Positions 56,023 to 64,000 of a DNA stretch of 64,000 nucleotides are shown piece after piece. The position numbers and the translations under genes are program-made. Below the pieces are notes generated by a model. That model did not search any database, was not told where the DNA came from, and saw nothing but the letters and a program-made list of their open reading frames with translations. Numbering within the stretch: the stretch's first letter is position 1; the number at the start of each line of letters is the position of its first letter. This stretch comes from Candidatus Niyogibacteria bacterium (lineage in GTDB: Bacteria; Patescibacteriota; Minisyncoccia; JACROR01), in NCBI GenBank assembly GCA_016186495.1, contig JACPLO010000010.1:26905-90904 (forward strand), in the 5' to 3' direction.

Positions 56023-57075
56023 TCAATAAAAATCTTTTATTTTTAACGCTAATTTTATTTTCAGCGTTAATTCTTCTTTTTGCCGGAGTATTTTTATTTC
56101 TACAATTGTGCCCGGCTTCTGAAAGGTTATTGCTCTTTCTATGTCTATGAAATTTCTTTGAGGTTTACCGTCTATTTCTAATATGACATCGCCTGGCCAC
56201 AAATTAGCATCTTGAGCCGGACTATCGGGGCAGACCTTAGTAATTAACAAACCCAAAATTTTTTTATTGGAATAGATATCTATTCCAATAAAACTTTTGC
56301 TTATTGGCCCTTTTTCCAGAAGTTGAGGGATGATAATGGCAATATCTTCACTTGAGATAGCCAGACTCATTCCTGAAGGTGAAAATCTGACATTTAAGCC
56401 GAGTAATTCGCCTTTGGCATTGATTAACGGCCCGCCGGAATTTCCCGGAACCATCAGTGCGTCAGAAATGATAAAGTGTTGCGGTATCTTTTTTGTTGTT
56501 GTTTTTATCACCGCCAATGCTTTGGAAATAACGCCTTTATCGAGAGACCAGGAAATCCCAAATGGGTGCCCAATCGTAAATATGGCTTGGCCGATTGCCG
56601 CGTTTCTTCCGAATTTAAAATAATCGGAATTATTAAAATCTATCTTTAATAAAGCCAAATCATTCTCCGAGTCATATCCGATTAATTGGGCAATCGCGCA
56701 TTCCACTTTTCCATAATTTTCATTAAAATCAAGATTTTCTATCTCGCCATTCGGCGGAAAATAACAAACCTCAATCTCTCCTTCGTCTTCCCTGATCATT
56801 TCAATAATATGGTAAGCGGTTAAAATATACCCGTTTTCTTTTATAAAAGCGCCGGCTCCGGTAATATTATGTTCGCGTCCATCCGTTTTTCTCGGCAGTT
56901 TAATCCTGACAATCACCACTTTTTTCATCGCTTCAATAAGTATTTTTTGTTCAGCAAGTATTTCTTGTTCAGCCATATTCGCCGGATCAAGTGTTTCAGA
57001 AAATGCGGGAGAAAGAAAAATAAAAAATAATGCCGCCAAAAACGTTAAAATCCGCTTCATTCTTATTTTTTTCAA
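56023..57075 (-). CDS. Second HtrA-like serine protease with PDZ domain
   Basis: LTAYH, DLALL, PGNSGGP; signal peptide; AAGGAGG SD. Confidence 0.9.
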   Translation of the reverse strand: MKKIRMKRILTFLAALFFIFLSPAFSETLDPANMAEQEILAEQKILIEAMKKVVIVRIKLPRKTDGREHNITGAGAFIKENGYILTAYHIIEMIREDEGEIEVCYFPPNGEIENLDFNENYGKVECAIAQLIGYDSENDLALLKIDFNNSDYFKFGRNAAIGQAIFTIGHPFGISWSLDKGVISKALAVIKTTTKKIPQHFIISDALMVPGNSGGPLINAKGELLGLNVRFSPSGMSLAISSEDIAIIIPQLLEKGPISKSFIGIDIYSNKKILGLLITKVCPDSPAQDANLWPGDVILEIDGKPQRNFIDIERAITFQKPGTIVEIKILRQKEELTLKIKLALKIKDFY

Positions 57076-57380
57076 TTTAATTCCCTCCTTTTATTCTTTA
57101 TTTAAATTTAAAAGTTCTAAAAAAAAATTCTGAAGGCTGGCCTTCAGAACAATATAAAAACTCCCCTTTAAGAATAGAGTCGTTTCCAGTTTTCACTGGA
57201 AGCCCTTTTTCTTAAAGTTTAATTAATTTTAATTCAAGCCAAAAAATTTGTCAAATTTTTCATCTGATTGCGCAATAATCGGACAAACAAGTAAAATTAG
57301 TTGTTAAATAAGCAATTTTGTTTTACCATAGGGTAAAGAATTCTTTGATAATTAAACTTTAACGAATGGAATAAACGGAG

Positions 57381-58376
57381 GTGAAAATGGCTGATAAAAA
57401 GAGTAAAAAAATCAGAGATGACATTAGAAACGATCTTATAGAAATTCCCGCTTTATTTTTTATTAATTACATTCTTTTGCCCGGCAGCGAATATGAAATA
57501 ACGCTCAATAAATTGCCGCAAATTTCTGAAAAAAATTACTTGAAATTGAAAATCATTCTCAATGAGCGGTATCAGAAGCAAATGGAAATAGCGATTGTCT
57601 GTTTTGAACGGACAGATTCCACTGTTTGTTTGCGGGAATGGGGCGTTATCGCCAGAATAACCGGCTTATTTCCGTTTAGAATTGACGCTTCACCCCTTGA
57701 TTTGCGGGTGCGAGTGATGGGACGTTGCCGGGTTTTCAGTTTTTCCCAAAATGAAGAACAAGATAATTGTTTTTTCGCGGCTATAAAAATCGCGCCTGTT
57801 CTGGCTATCAGCGAAGAAGAATGGCAAAGCAATGAAATCCAGAAATTAAAAAACGGCATTATTGAAGATTTTTTTGAATTTGCCGGTATTTGCGCGGAGA
57901 TTGCTGCGATTTTTTCCGAGAATAATCATAAAGATAAAGAAGAGAAATTTCTTTTTTTGTTTTTATTTTCTCAAAAAACCGCGATTAGCATGGAACTTTG
58001 TTTAAATTTTAAAGAATTCATTAAAATCATAAATGAATGGCTGGATTGCGTTTGTCTGGAAAAAGAAGCGGTTTTTAGTTATAAATTTCGTTTTTTAAGC
58101 TTGGATGGCGAACGCCAGCAGATGCGAATGATAAAAAATACGATAAATAATTTAATTGGCATGGCGGAAAATACGTTATTAAAGGGGGATTCCCCGTCTT
58201 TTAAAGAAGATTTATGGTCAGGAAAGAGAAATTTTTCAGCTGAAAACCGCCAATCATCGGAAAAATATGAAAGAGATTTTTCCGCCGCTCAAAAAGAATT
58301 ATCGGAGCGTTTGGAAGAGGTCTTAAAAAAACTGAACCTTTTAAAAAATGTTTTGACGGGAGGTGAAGAAAAATGA
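57381..58376 (+). CDS. Lon N-terminal (substrate-binding)-like protein, no ATPase or protease domain
   Basis: IP.L...Y.LLPG....I.L; GVIARI; V...GRCRV pattern followed by helices. Confidence 0.55.
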   Translation: MKMADKKSKKIRDDIRNDLIEIPALFFINYILLPGSEYEITLNKLPQISEKNYLKLKIILNERYQKQMEIAIVCFERTDSTVCLREWGVIARITGLFPFRIDASPLDLRVRVMGRCRVFSFSQNEEQDNCFFAAIKIAPVLAISEEEWQSNEIQKLKNGIIEDFFEFAGICAEIAAIFSENNHKDKEEKFLFLFLFSQKTAISMELCLNFKEFIKIINEWLDCVCLEKEAVFSYKFRFLSLDGERQQMRMIKNTINNLIGMAENTLLKGDSPSFKEDLWSGKRNFSAENRQSSEKYERDFSAAQKELSERLEEVLKKLNLLKNVLTGGEEK

Positions 58377-59596
58377 CGATGGCTGATAAGGCGCAGGTTT
58401 TTGATTTCTCTCCGGGCAGGGCGGAAAAAAACATTATTTCTCATCTTAACCGATTTGTGGTTGGCCAAGAAAGAGCTAAAAAAAGAATAGTTGACATTGT
58501 TTTGCGCCGGGAAACCGGTTTTCGCGATCCGCGCCGGCCTTTAGGAGTGATTTTTCTTTTAGGTCCGACCGGCGTGGGAAAAACAGAATTGATTAAAGCG
58601 ACCGCTGATTTTTTGTTCGGTAATCTTGGCGCTTATACTCACATTAGCTGCCCTAATTTTCAAAACGGGCATGAAATTTCTCAATTAATCGGTTCGCCGG
58701 CCGGATATGTCGGCTATAATCAGGAACCGTTTTTATCGCAAAACAACATTGATAAACATGATTTTTACCGCCGAATGGAAATGATTGAAGATTTTGAAAA
58801 GCGGCTAAAATATCATAGTGAATCAATAAAATCAATAAATTCCGCCAATTTGAAACAGGAAAAAGAATCAATATTAAAAGAAATAGAATCTTTAATAGAG
58901 AGAATCTGGGTATTAAAAAATCAATTAAAAAATAAAAGATTTTTTTCGCTGGTGCTTTTTGATGAATTTGAAAAAGCTCATCCCAAGCTTCAGGAAATGC
59001 TTTTGGAAATTTTAAGCGACGGCGCGCTTTCTCTAATGAGCGGCAAAAGGGTGGATTTTACCAACACCATTATCGCTTTAACCGGAAATATCGCCAGCAA
59101 AGAGATTAAAGAAGAAATGAGCGGATCTAAAATCGGCCTTCGTTTTCATTCCGAGCTGACGGAAAATTCTTCTAAAAGAATCTATAAGATAGTTTTAGCC
59201 AGATTGGAAAAAACCGTTTCGCCGGAAATTTTGGGCCGAATCGGCAAGGAAGGCGTTGAGGTTTGTAATTTTCTAAACCAAGAAGAAATGGCCGAAGTTT
59301 TAGAACTTCAAATAAAAGGATTGGAGGAACGTGTAAAAAATAACGCAAAGGCGTTCAAACTTTATATCTGTGAAGGCGTAAAACAATTTCTGCTAAGCGA
59401 AATTCAAGACCGGACAAATATCTTTTTGGGCGCTCGCGCGCTTTTGAATGTTTTTAAAAAAAGAATTGAAAATCCTCTGAATAAGCTACTGGCCAAAGAT
59501 GAAGATGAAGGCGGCATTGCCAAGGGGGATATTGTGAAAATTCGGCTTAAAAAAAGCAAAGATAAAGAAGAACTGGAATTTACGCGCCAAATCTAA
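58373..59596 (+). CDS. ClpA/ClpB-like AAA+ ATPase, second NBD only
   Basis: VVGQ, RPLG..FLLGPTGVGKTE, LIGSPAGYVGY, LFDEFEKAHP, GAR.L. Confidence 0.85.
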   Translation: MTMADKAQVFDFSPGRAEKNIISHLNRFVVGQERAKKRIVDIVLRRETGFRDPRRPLGVIFLLGPTGVGKTELIKATADFLFGNLGAYTHISCPNFQNGHEISQLIGSPAGYVGYNQEPFLSQNNIDKHDFYRRMEMIEDFEKRLKYHSESIKSINSANLKQEKESILKEIESLIERIWVLKNQLKNKRFFSLVLFDEFEKAHPKLQEMLLEILSDGALSLMSGKRVDFTNTIIALTGNIASKEIKEEMSGSKIGLRFHSELTENSSKRIYKIVLARLEKTVSPEILGRIGKEGVEVCNFLNQEEMAEVLELQIKGLEERVKNNAKAFKLYICEGVKQFLLSEIQDRTNIFLGARALLNVFKKRIENPLNKLLAKDEDEGGIAKGDIVKIRLKKSKDKEELEFTRQI

Positions 59597-59612
59597 AAAT
59601 TATTTAATTTTT

Positions 59613-59643
59613 AAAAAAGCAATCTGTAACGGATTGCTTTTTT
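59613..59643 (+). terminator. Terminator
   Basis: AAAAAAGCAATC-TGTAACG-GATTGCTTTTTT. Confidence 0.8.
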
Positions 59644-59665
59644 CTTTTTTCGCCGCTATAATGAA

Positions 59666-59771
59666 TCCCGTTAGAAATCAAAACCTTAAAATGTTATTTA
59701 GACCAATAAAATGTTTTATTATTAACCACAGCAGTTTTTAGAAATTTCTAAAGGAACTATTTCTAACGGGA
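59666..59771. mobile_element. CCCGTTAG-arm element, 106 nt, in the uvrA leader
   Basis: TGAA|TCCCGTTAGAAAT...ATTTCTAACGGGA|TGAA. Confidence 0.85.
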
Positions 59772-59808
59772 TGAATCATTAAATTATTAAACTAATAAAA
59801 CATAATTT

Positions 59809-62721
59809 ATGGCCGGGCAAAAAAAGAAGAACCAAAATTTCATCAGCATCAAGGGAGCGTGCGTCCATAATTTGAAAAATATTTCTTTAGATATCCCGAA
59901 AAATAAATTAACGGTTATTACCGGACTTTCCGGATCGGGGAAATCATCTTTGGCGTTTGACACGATTTACGCCGAAGCCGAGCGCCGCTTGCTGGATTCT
60001 TTTTCCGGTTATGCCCGCCAATTTTTAAACGTTAAAAACAAGCCCGAAGTGGAAGAGATTTCCGGTCTATCTCCGGCCATTGCCATTAACCAAAAAAATC
60101 TGGCGAAAAATTCTCGCTCCACGGTCGGCACGATTACTGAAATTTATGATTATTTGCGGGCGCTTTTTGTCCGGTTGGGAGAGCCGCAATGCCCGAAATG
60201 CGGAAAACTTCTTAAAAAACAGACCGTTGAGGAAATGTTTCAGGCAATTATGCGAGAGAGCCGCCAAAAGGCGGGCCGTTTGCTCTTTATTTTTGCCATT
60301 TTGGCGCGCGCAAAAAAAGGAGAACATAAAAAAGCGCTGGAGGGAATAAGAAAACAAGGATTTTTAAGGGTTAGAATTGACGGCGGCATTATGAGAATTG
60401 AAGAAGCGCTTGATTTAGATTTAGATTACAAAAAAAAACATACTCTTGAGGTGGTGGTTGATCGTTTGATTTTGGATAAAGAAACGGAAAAAGCGCGTTT
60501 AATGGAATCTCTTGAAACCGCGCTTTCTCTTGGTAAAGGAACGGCGGTCGTTTCCTTGGCTGACGGCCAAGCCGCGTCTTCAGCCGTTGAATTTGTTTCT
60601 TTCAAAGGCGCTCAAGAAATAATTTTCAGCCGGAATTTTTCCTGCGTTGACTGCGGTTTTTCTTTGGCGGCTTTGGAACCGCGGCTTTTTTCTTTCAATA
60701 ATCCGCAGGGGGCTTGCGAAAAATGCAGCGGTCTGGGAAATTGTTTGGAAGCGGATCCGGAATTGATTATTCCTAATAAGGATTTGACGCTGGCGGAAGG
60801 GGCAATCCATCCTTGGGCGCGTTTTTCTTCGGCCGCGGGCAAAGAATCTTGGCAGGAATGGATGCTGAAAGATTTGGCCCAGAAGCATAAATTCAGTTTG
60901 AATGTGCCGGTTAAAAATTTATCAAAAAAAGCCGTTGAATTGGTGATTTTTGGCGATTCGGCTTGCCGACCGGAAGATAAGGCCGGAAATTTTCAAGGCG
61001 TGGCGGCTGATCTTAAAAAACGGTGGCGCGAAACTGATTCGGAAAGAACGCGTTCGGAATTGGAACGTTATATGAGAGAAACTCTTTGTTCGGCTTGCGG
61101 AGGAAAAAGATTAAAATTGGAAGCGCGGTCAATATTTTTAAATTTAAGCGATAAGAAAAAATACAGCATAACTGATATCTCTAAAATGCCGGTTAGCCGG
61201 CTGCTCGCGTTTTTCAGCCGGCTTTCCGGTAATCTTCAAAAAAAACAAGCCGCGCTGGCGACTCCTTTGATTTCTGAAATAATAAAACGTTTGCGATCTT
61301 TAACGGAAGTGGGATTGGATTATCTTACTTTGGAAAGATCTTCGGTTGATTTAGCCGGCGGCGAAGCTCAACGCCTCAAATTAGCGACACAAATTAGTTC
61401 TGATTTGACCGGCGTAATTTACGTTTTAGATGAACCATCAATCGGGCTCCATCCCCAAGATCATCATCGCCTTTTAATGGCGCTTAAGAATTTAAGAGAT
61501 GCCGGCAATACGGTTTTGGTGGTGGAACATGATCTGGAAACCATTAAATCCGCGGATTGGATTATTGATCTCGGTCCCGGCGCGGGCCGCGGCGGCGGCG
61601 AAATAATTTTTGAAGGGACGCCGAACGAATTAAAACGGGTTAAAACTCTCACTGCCGATTATTTTACCGCCAGAAAAAAAGTGGAAATCGTTGACCATAA
61701 ATTTTTAAAATCAAATTCAAAAATTTTAAAACTTACGATTAAAGGCGCGAGCGAACATAATTTGAAAGGCATTGACGTAAAAATTCCTTTAGGATTATTG
61801 GTTTGCGTGTCCGGCGTTTCCGGTTCGGGAAAAAGCACTTTAATCGGCGATATTTTAGCTTTGGCTTTACGCCGTCATTTTTACGGCGCCAAGGATTTGC
61901 CGGGAAAACATAAAGAAATTACCGGAATGGAACATTTGGATAAGGTTGTGATCGTGGATCAGTCGCCGATCGGCCGGACACCGCGCTCCAATCCCGTCAC
62001 TTACACCGGCATTTTTTCTTTTATGCGCGACCTTTTCGCTGAAAATCAGGAAGGCCGGCGCCGCGGTTTTAAAACAAGCCATTTTAGTTTTAACGTTAAA
62101 GGCGGGCGTTGCGAAGAATGTGAAGGACAGGGGATGAAAAAAATAGAAATGGTTTTTTTGCCGGATATTTACGTGGAATGCGAAGAATGCCGCGGCGCCA
62201 GATATTGTCGGGAGGTTCTTGACGTGCGCCATAATAATCTGAACATCGCCGAGGCGCTGGATTTGCCTGTAGAAGAAGCGCTTGTTTTTTTTAAAGACAT
62301 TCCTCAAATTCAGCGGCGTTTGGCGGTTTTGGCGGAAGTAGGTTTGGGATATTTAAAACTCGGCCAGCCGGCGACGACTCTTTCGGGCGGGGAAGCCCAG
62401 CGGGTCAAACTGGCCGACGAGCTGGCGATAAAAGAAACCGGCCGAACGCTCTATATTTTAGACGAACCGACAACCGGTCTTCATAGCGCTGATACGCAAA
62501 AACTTTTATCCATTCTTTCTTCTTTAGTGAAAAAAGGGAATTCTGTTTTGATAGTTGAACATAATCTTGAAATAATAAAAAATGCCGATTGGATTATTGA
62601 TTTAGGGCCGGAAGGAGGCGAAAAAGGCGGAGAAATCGTGGCGGAAGGCACGGTTGAAGATCTTATTAAAAATAAAAAATCTCAAACCGGCCAATGGCTG
62701 GCCCGCGCGCTTAAATTTTAG
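59809..62721 (+). CDS. uvrA: Excinuclease ABC subunit A
   Basis: [14 protein letters not shown], zinc fingers, two ABC cassettes. Confidence 0.98.
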   Translation: MAGQKKKNQNFISIKGACVHNLKNISLDIPKNKLTVITGLSGSGKSSLAFDTIYAEAERRLLDSFSGYARQFLNVKNKPEVEEISGLSPAIAINQKNLAKNSRSTVGTITEIYDYLRALFVRLGEPQCPKCGKLLKKQTVEEMFQAIMRESRQKAGRLLFIFAILARAKKGEHKKALEGIRKQGFLRVRIDGGIMRIEEALDLDLDYKKKHTLEVVVDRLILDKETEKARLMESLETALSLGKGTAVVSLADGQAASSAVEFVSFKGAQEIIFSRNFSCVDCGFSLAALEPRLFSFNNPQGACEKCSGLGNCLEADPELIIPNKDLTLAEGAIHPWARFSSAAGKESWQEWMLKDLAQKHKFSLNVPVKNLSKKAVELVIFGDSACRPEDKAGNFQGVAADLKKRWRETDSERTRSELERYMRETLCSACGGKRLKLEARSIFLNLSDKKKYSITDISKMPVSRLLAFFSRLSGNLQKKQAALATPLISEIIKRLRSLTEVGLDYLTLERSSVDLAGGEAQRLKLATQISSDLTGVIYVLDEPSIGLHPQDHHRLLMALKNLRDAGNTVLVVEHDLETIKSADWIIDLGPGAGRGGGEIIFEGTPNELKRVKTLTADYFTARKKVEIVDHKFLKSNSKILKLTIKGASEHNLKGIDVKIPLGLLVCVSGVSGSGKSTLIGDILALALRRHFYGAKDLPGKHKEITGMEHLDKVVIVDQSPIGRTPRSNPVTYTGIFSFMRDLFAENQEGRRRGFKTSHFSFNVKGGRCEECEGQGMKKIEMVFLPDIYVECEECRGARYCREVLDVRHNNLNIAEALDLPVEEALVFFKDIPQIQRRLAVLAEVGLGYLKLGQPATTLSGGEAQRVKLADELAIKETGRTLYILDEPTTGLHSADTQKLLSILSSLVKKGNSVLIVEHNLEIIKNADWIIDLGPEGGEKGGEIVAEGTVEDLIKNKKSQTGQWLARALKF

Positions 62722-62819
62722 CAAACAGATTTTGTTAAAATTTAAAAAAATAGTAAGATAATATTATTAAGTTTTTTAATAATTTACTTCGATAGAAGTT
62801 TATCAGATAAATACGGAGG

Positions 62820-63617
62820 TTGATATTGGAAAATAATCAGATTGATTTAGATGAAGGGGCGTGGCGCTGGCTTTTTGACAACAGGACGGAAATTGAAATA
62901 GCGATGATTATTAACGCCGTTTGGCTTGATCCGGCGTATAAAATTAATGTTCTAAAATTTGGAAAGGAAATAAAAATAAATAGAAAAGCGGATGGATTGT
63001 TTTTCCGCCATTTTTCGTCGGCGAATAAAAACAGCCGCCATCATCGCCGGCCAAGATCAATCGGCGGCAAGAGCGGCGGTCAAAACGTTATTTTGGTGAA
63101 TCGCGATGATCATTGGGCGTGGCATAAATTATTCCGCAATTTTAGGCCCGATAAAATTGTGGAAAAAATAAACAGAAAATTTCTTTATTTAAATTCCGAT
63201 TATTGTTTTAAGCTTGTTTATTTGGCGGACCCTGAAGCCGGTAATGGCGTGGATAAAGAATCTTTGTTTTGTTGTGAAATATGCGGCGAGTCGTATTTTA
63301 GCGAAATGGAAGCCAGAAAATGCCGGAAACAAGGATGGCTGGCGCCGCGTTTTGCTTGCGGTGAAAGAGTGCTGATAAAAATAAAAGGTTGCTCGCCTCA
63401 AATAGGCACGATCGCGGGTTGGGATAACGCTTTTTCAATTAATTTTCATTTTTATGAAATGTATCTCGTGGAGACGGGGAACGGAGTGATGAAAAATGTG
63501 AATGCCAAGAAAATAAAATATGTTTTGAAAAATAACGGGCGCAGAGAAAAAAGAAAAAAACACGTTGTTTTTTCTAAAAAAGCGTTTAAAAAAGCGATAA
63601 AAAGGAAAAAATTTTAA
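62820..63617 (+). CDS. Hypothetical protein with HNH-like and Cys motifs
   Basis: HHRRPRSIGG...N......H..WH; CEICG..Y...EA.KC. Confidence 0.55.
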   Translation: MILENNQIDLDEGAWRWLFDNRTEIEIAMIINAVWLDPAYKINVLKFGKEIKINRKADGLFFRHFSSANKNSRHHRRPRSIGGKSGGQNVILVNRDDHWAWHKLFRNFRPDKIVEKINRKFLYLNSDYCFKLVYLADPEAGNGVDKESLFCCEICGESYFSEMEARKCRKQGWLAPRFACGERVLIKIKGCSPQIGTIAGWDNAFSINFHFYEMYLVETGNGVMKNVNAKKIKYVLKNNGRREKRKKHVVFSKKAFKKAIKRKKF

Positions 63618-63635
63618 GTTTTTAACAAAAATTCT

Positions 63636-63664
63636 AAAAAGAAGGCGAACCCGCCTTCTTTTTT
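63636..63664 (+). terminator. Terminator
   Basis: AAAAAGAAGGCG-AACC-CGCCTTCTTTTT. Confidence 0.85.
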
Positions 63665-63694
63665 ATTAATGATTGAATTTCAAACCGAAGTTGA

Positions 63695-63773
63695 TCCCGT
63701 TAGAAAGTTAATAATAATTTTATGTTGAAAATATTTAATTATTATAATTTGCAAAGCGAGCTTTCTAACGGGG
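63695..63773. mobile_element. CCCGTTAG-arm element, 79 nt, abutting the groES -35 box
   Basis: TTGA|TCCCGTTAGAAAG...CTTTCTAACGGGG|TTGA. Confidence 0.85.
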
Positions 63774-63835
63774 TTGACAGAGTTTTTAATTTGTCTAAAA
63801 TACTTACATTAGCAATCTTTGGTCAAGACTGCTAA
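63774..63835 (+). promoter_or_regulatory. groES promoter with CIRCE (HrcA) operator
   Basis: TTGACA-N16-TAAAAT; TTAGCAATC-N9-GACTGCTAA at 63809-63835. Confidence 0.85.
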
Positions 63836-63855
63836 ATCTAAATTTTATTTGAATT

Positions 63856-64000
63856 ATGGCAAAAATTAACATTAAACCTCTTGGCGATCGGGTTTTGATT
63901 GAACCAATCGCCGAAGATTTGAGAACCAAATCCGGCATTGTGATTCCGGATACCGCGGAAAAAGAGCGGCCGGAAAAAGGGAAAGTAGTTGCCGCGGGCG
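63856..64000 (+). CDS. groES: Co-chaperonin GroES (partial)
   Basis: [10 protein letters not shown]...[16 protein letters not shown]. Confidence 0.97.
   Translation, partial: MAKINIKPLGDRVLIEPIAEDLRTKSGIVIPDTAEKERPEKGKVVAAG

Noticed and set aside
1-64000. Alternative genetic code (TGA = Gly)
   Set aside because: Conserved genes are open in code 11, and several (ruvC, tnaA, the RluA-family gene) end at TGA

Overview
Core-genome window of a small-genome bacterium, most likely Patescibacteria/CPR (Parcubacteria-like). This assignment is inferred from gene content, shortened proteins and AT-rich leaders; the standard code is used (TGA = stop). The window spans the replication origin (jag-yidC-rnpA-rpmH / dnaA-dnaN), a CPR-type T4SS/pilin-like operon, many housekeeping genes and 12 intact tRNAs. 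The most unusual signal is non-coding. (1) Three intact tRNA genes (Pro-GGG, Val-GAC, Leu-TAA) are each bracketed by a 13-14 bp inverted repeat and nested inside the broken shell of an older tRNA gene of apparently the same identity. (2) A family of short elements with (T/C)CCCGTTAG...CTAACGGG(A/G) arms, unrelated cargo and 4-bp target duplications has inserted in-frame into polA and tsaD, supplies the ruvC start codon, and sits in the uvrA and groES promoter regions. (3) Tandem hairpin elements behind four tRNAs duplicate the tRNA 3' end and carry an antisense copy of their own host tRNA's T-arm/acceptor sequence. No intact transposase for these elements is present in the window. Unusual proteins include an M50 protease fused to an RNAP alpha-CTD-like domain and a Lon-N-like + single-ring ClpB-like gene pair. 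Several single-A frameshifts (rnpA, rpmB) probably reflect assembly error. All calls are by eye; no database searches were run.
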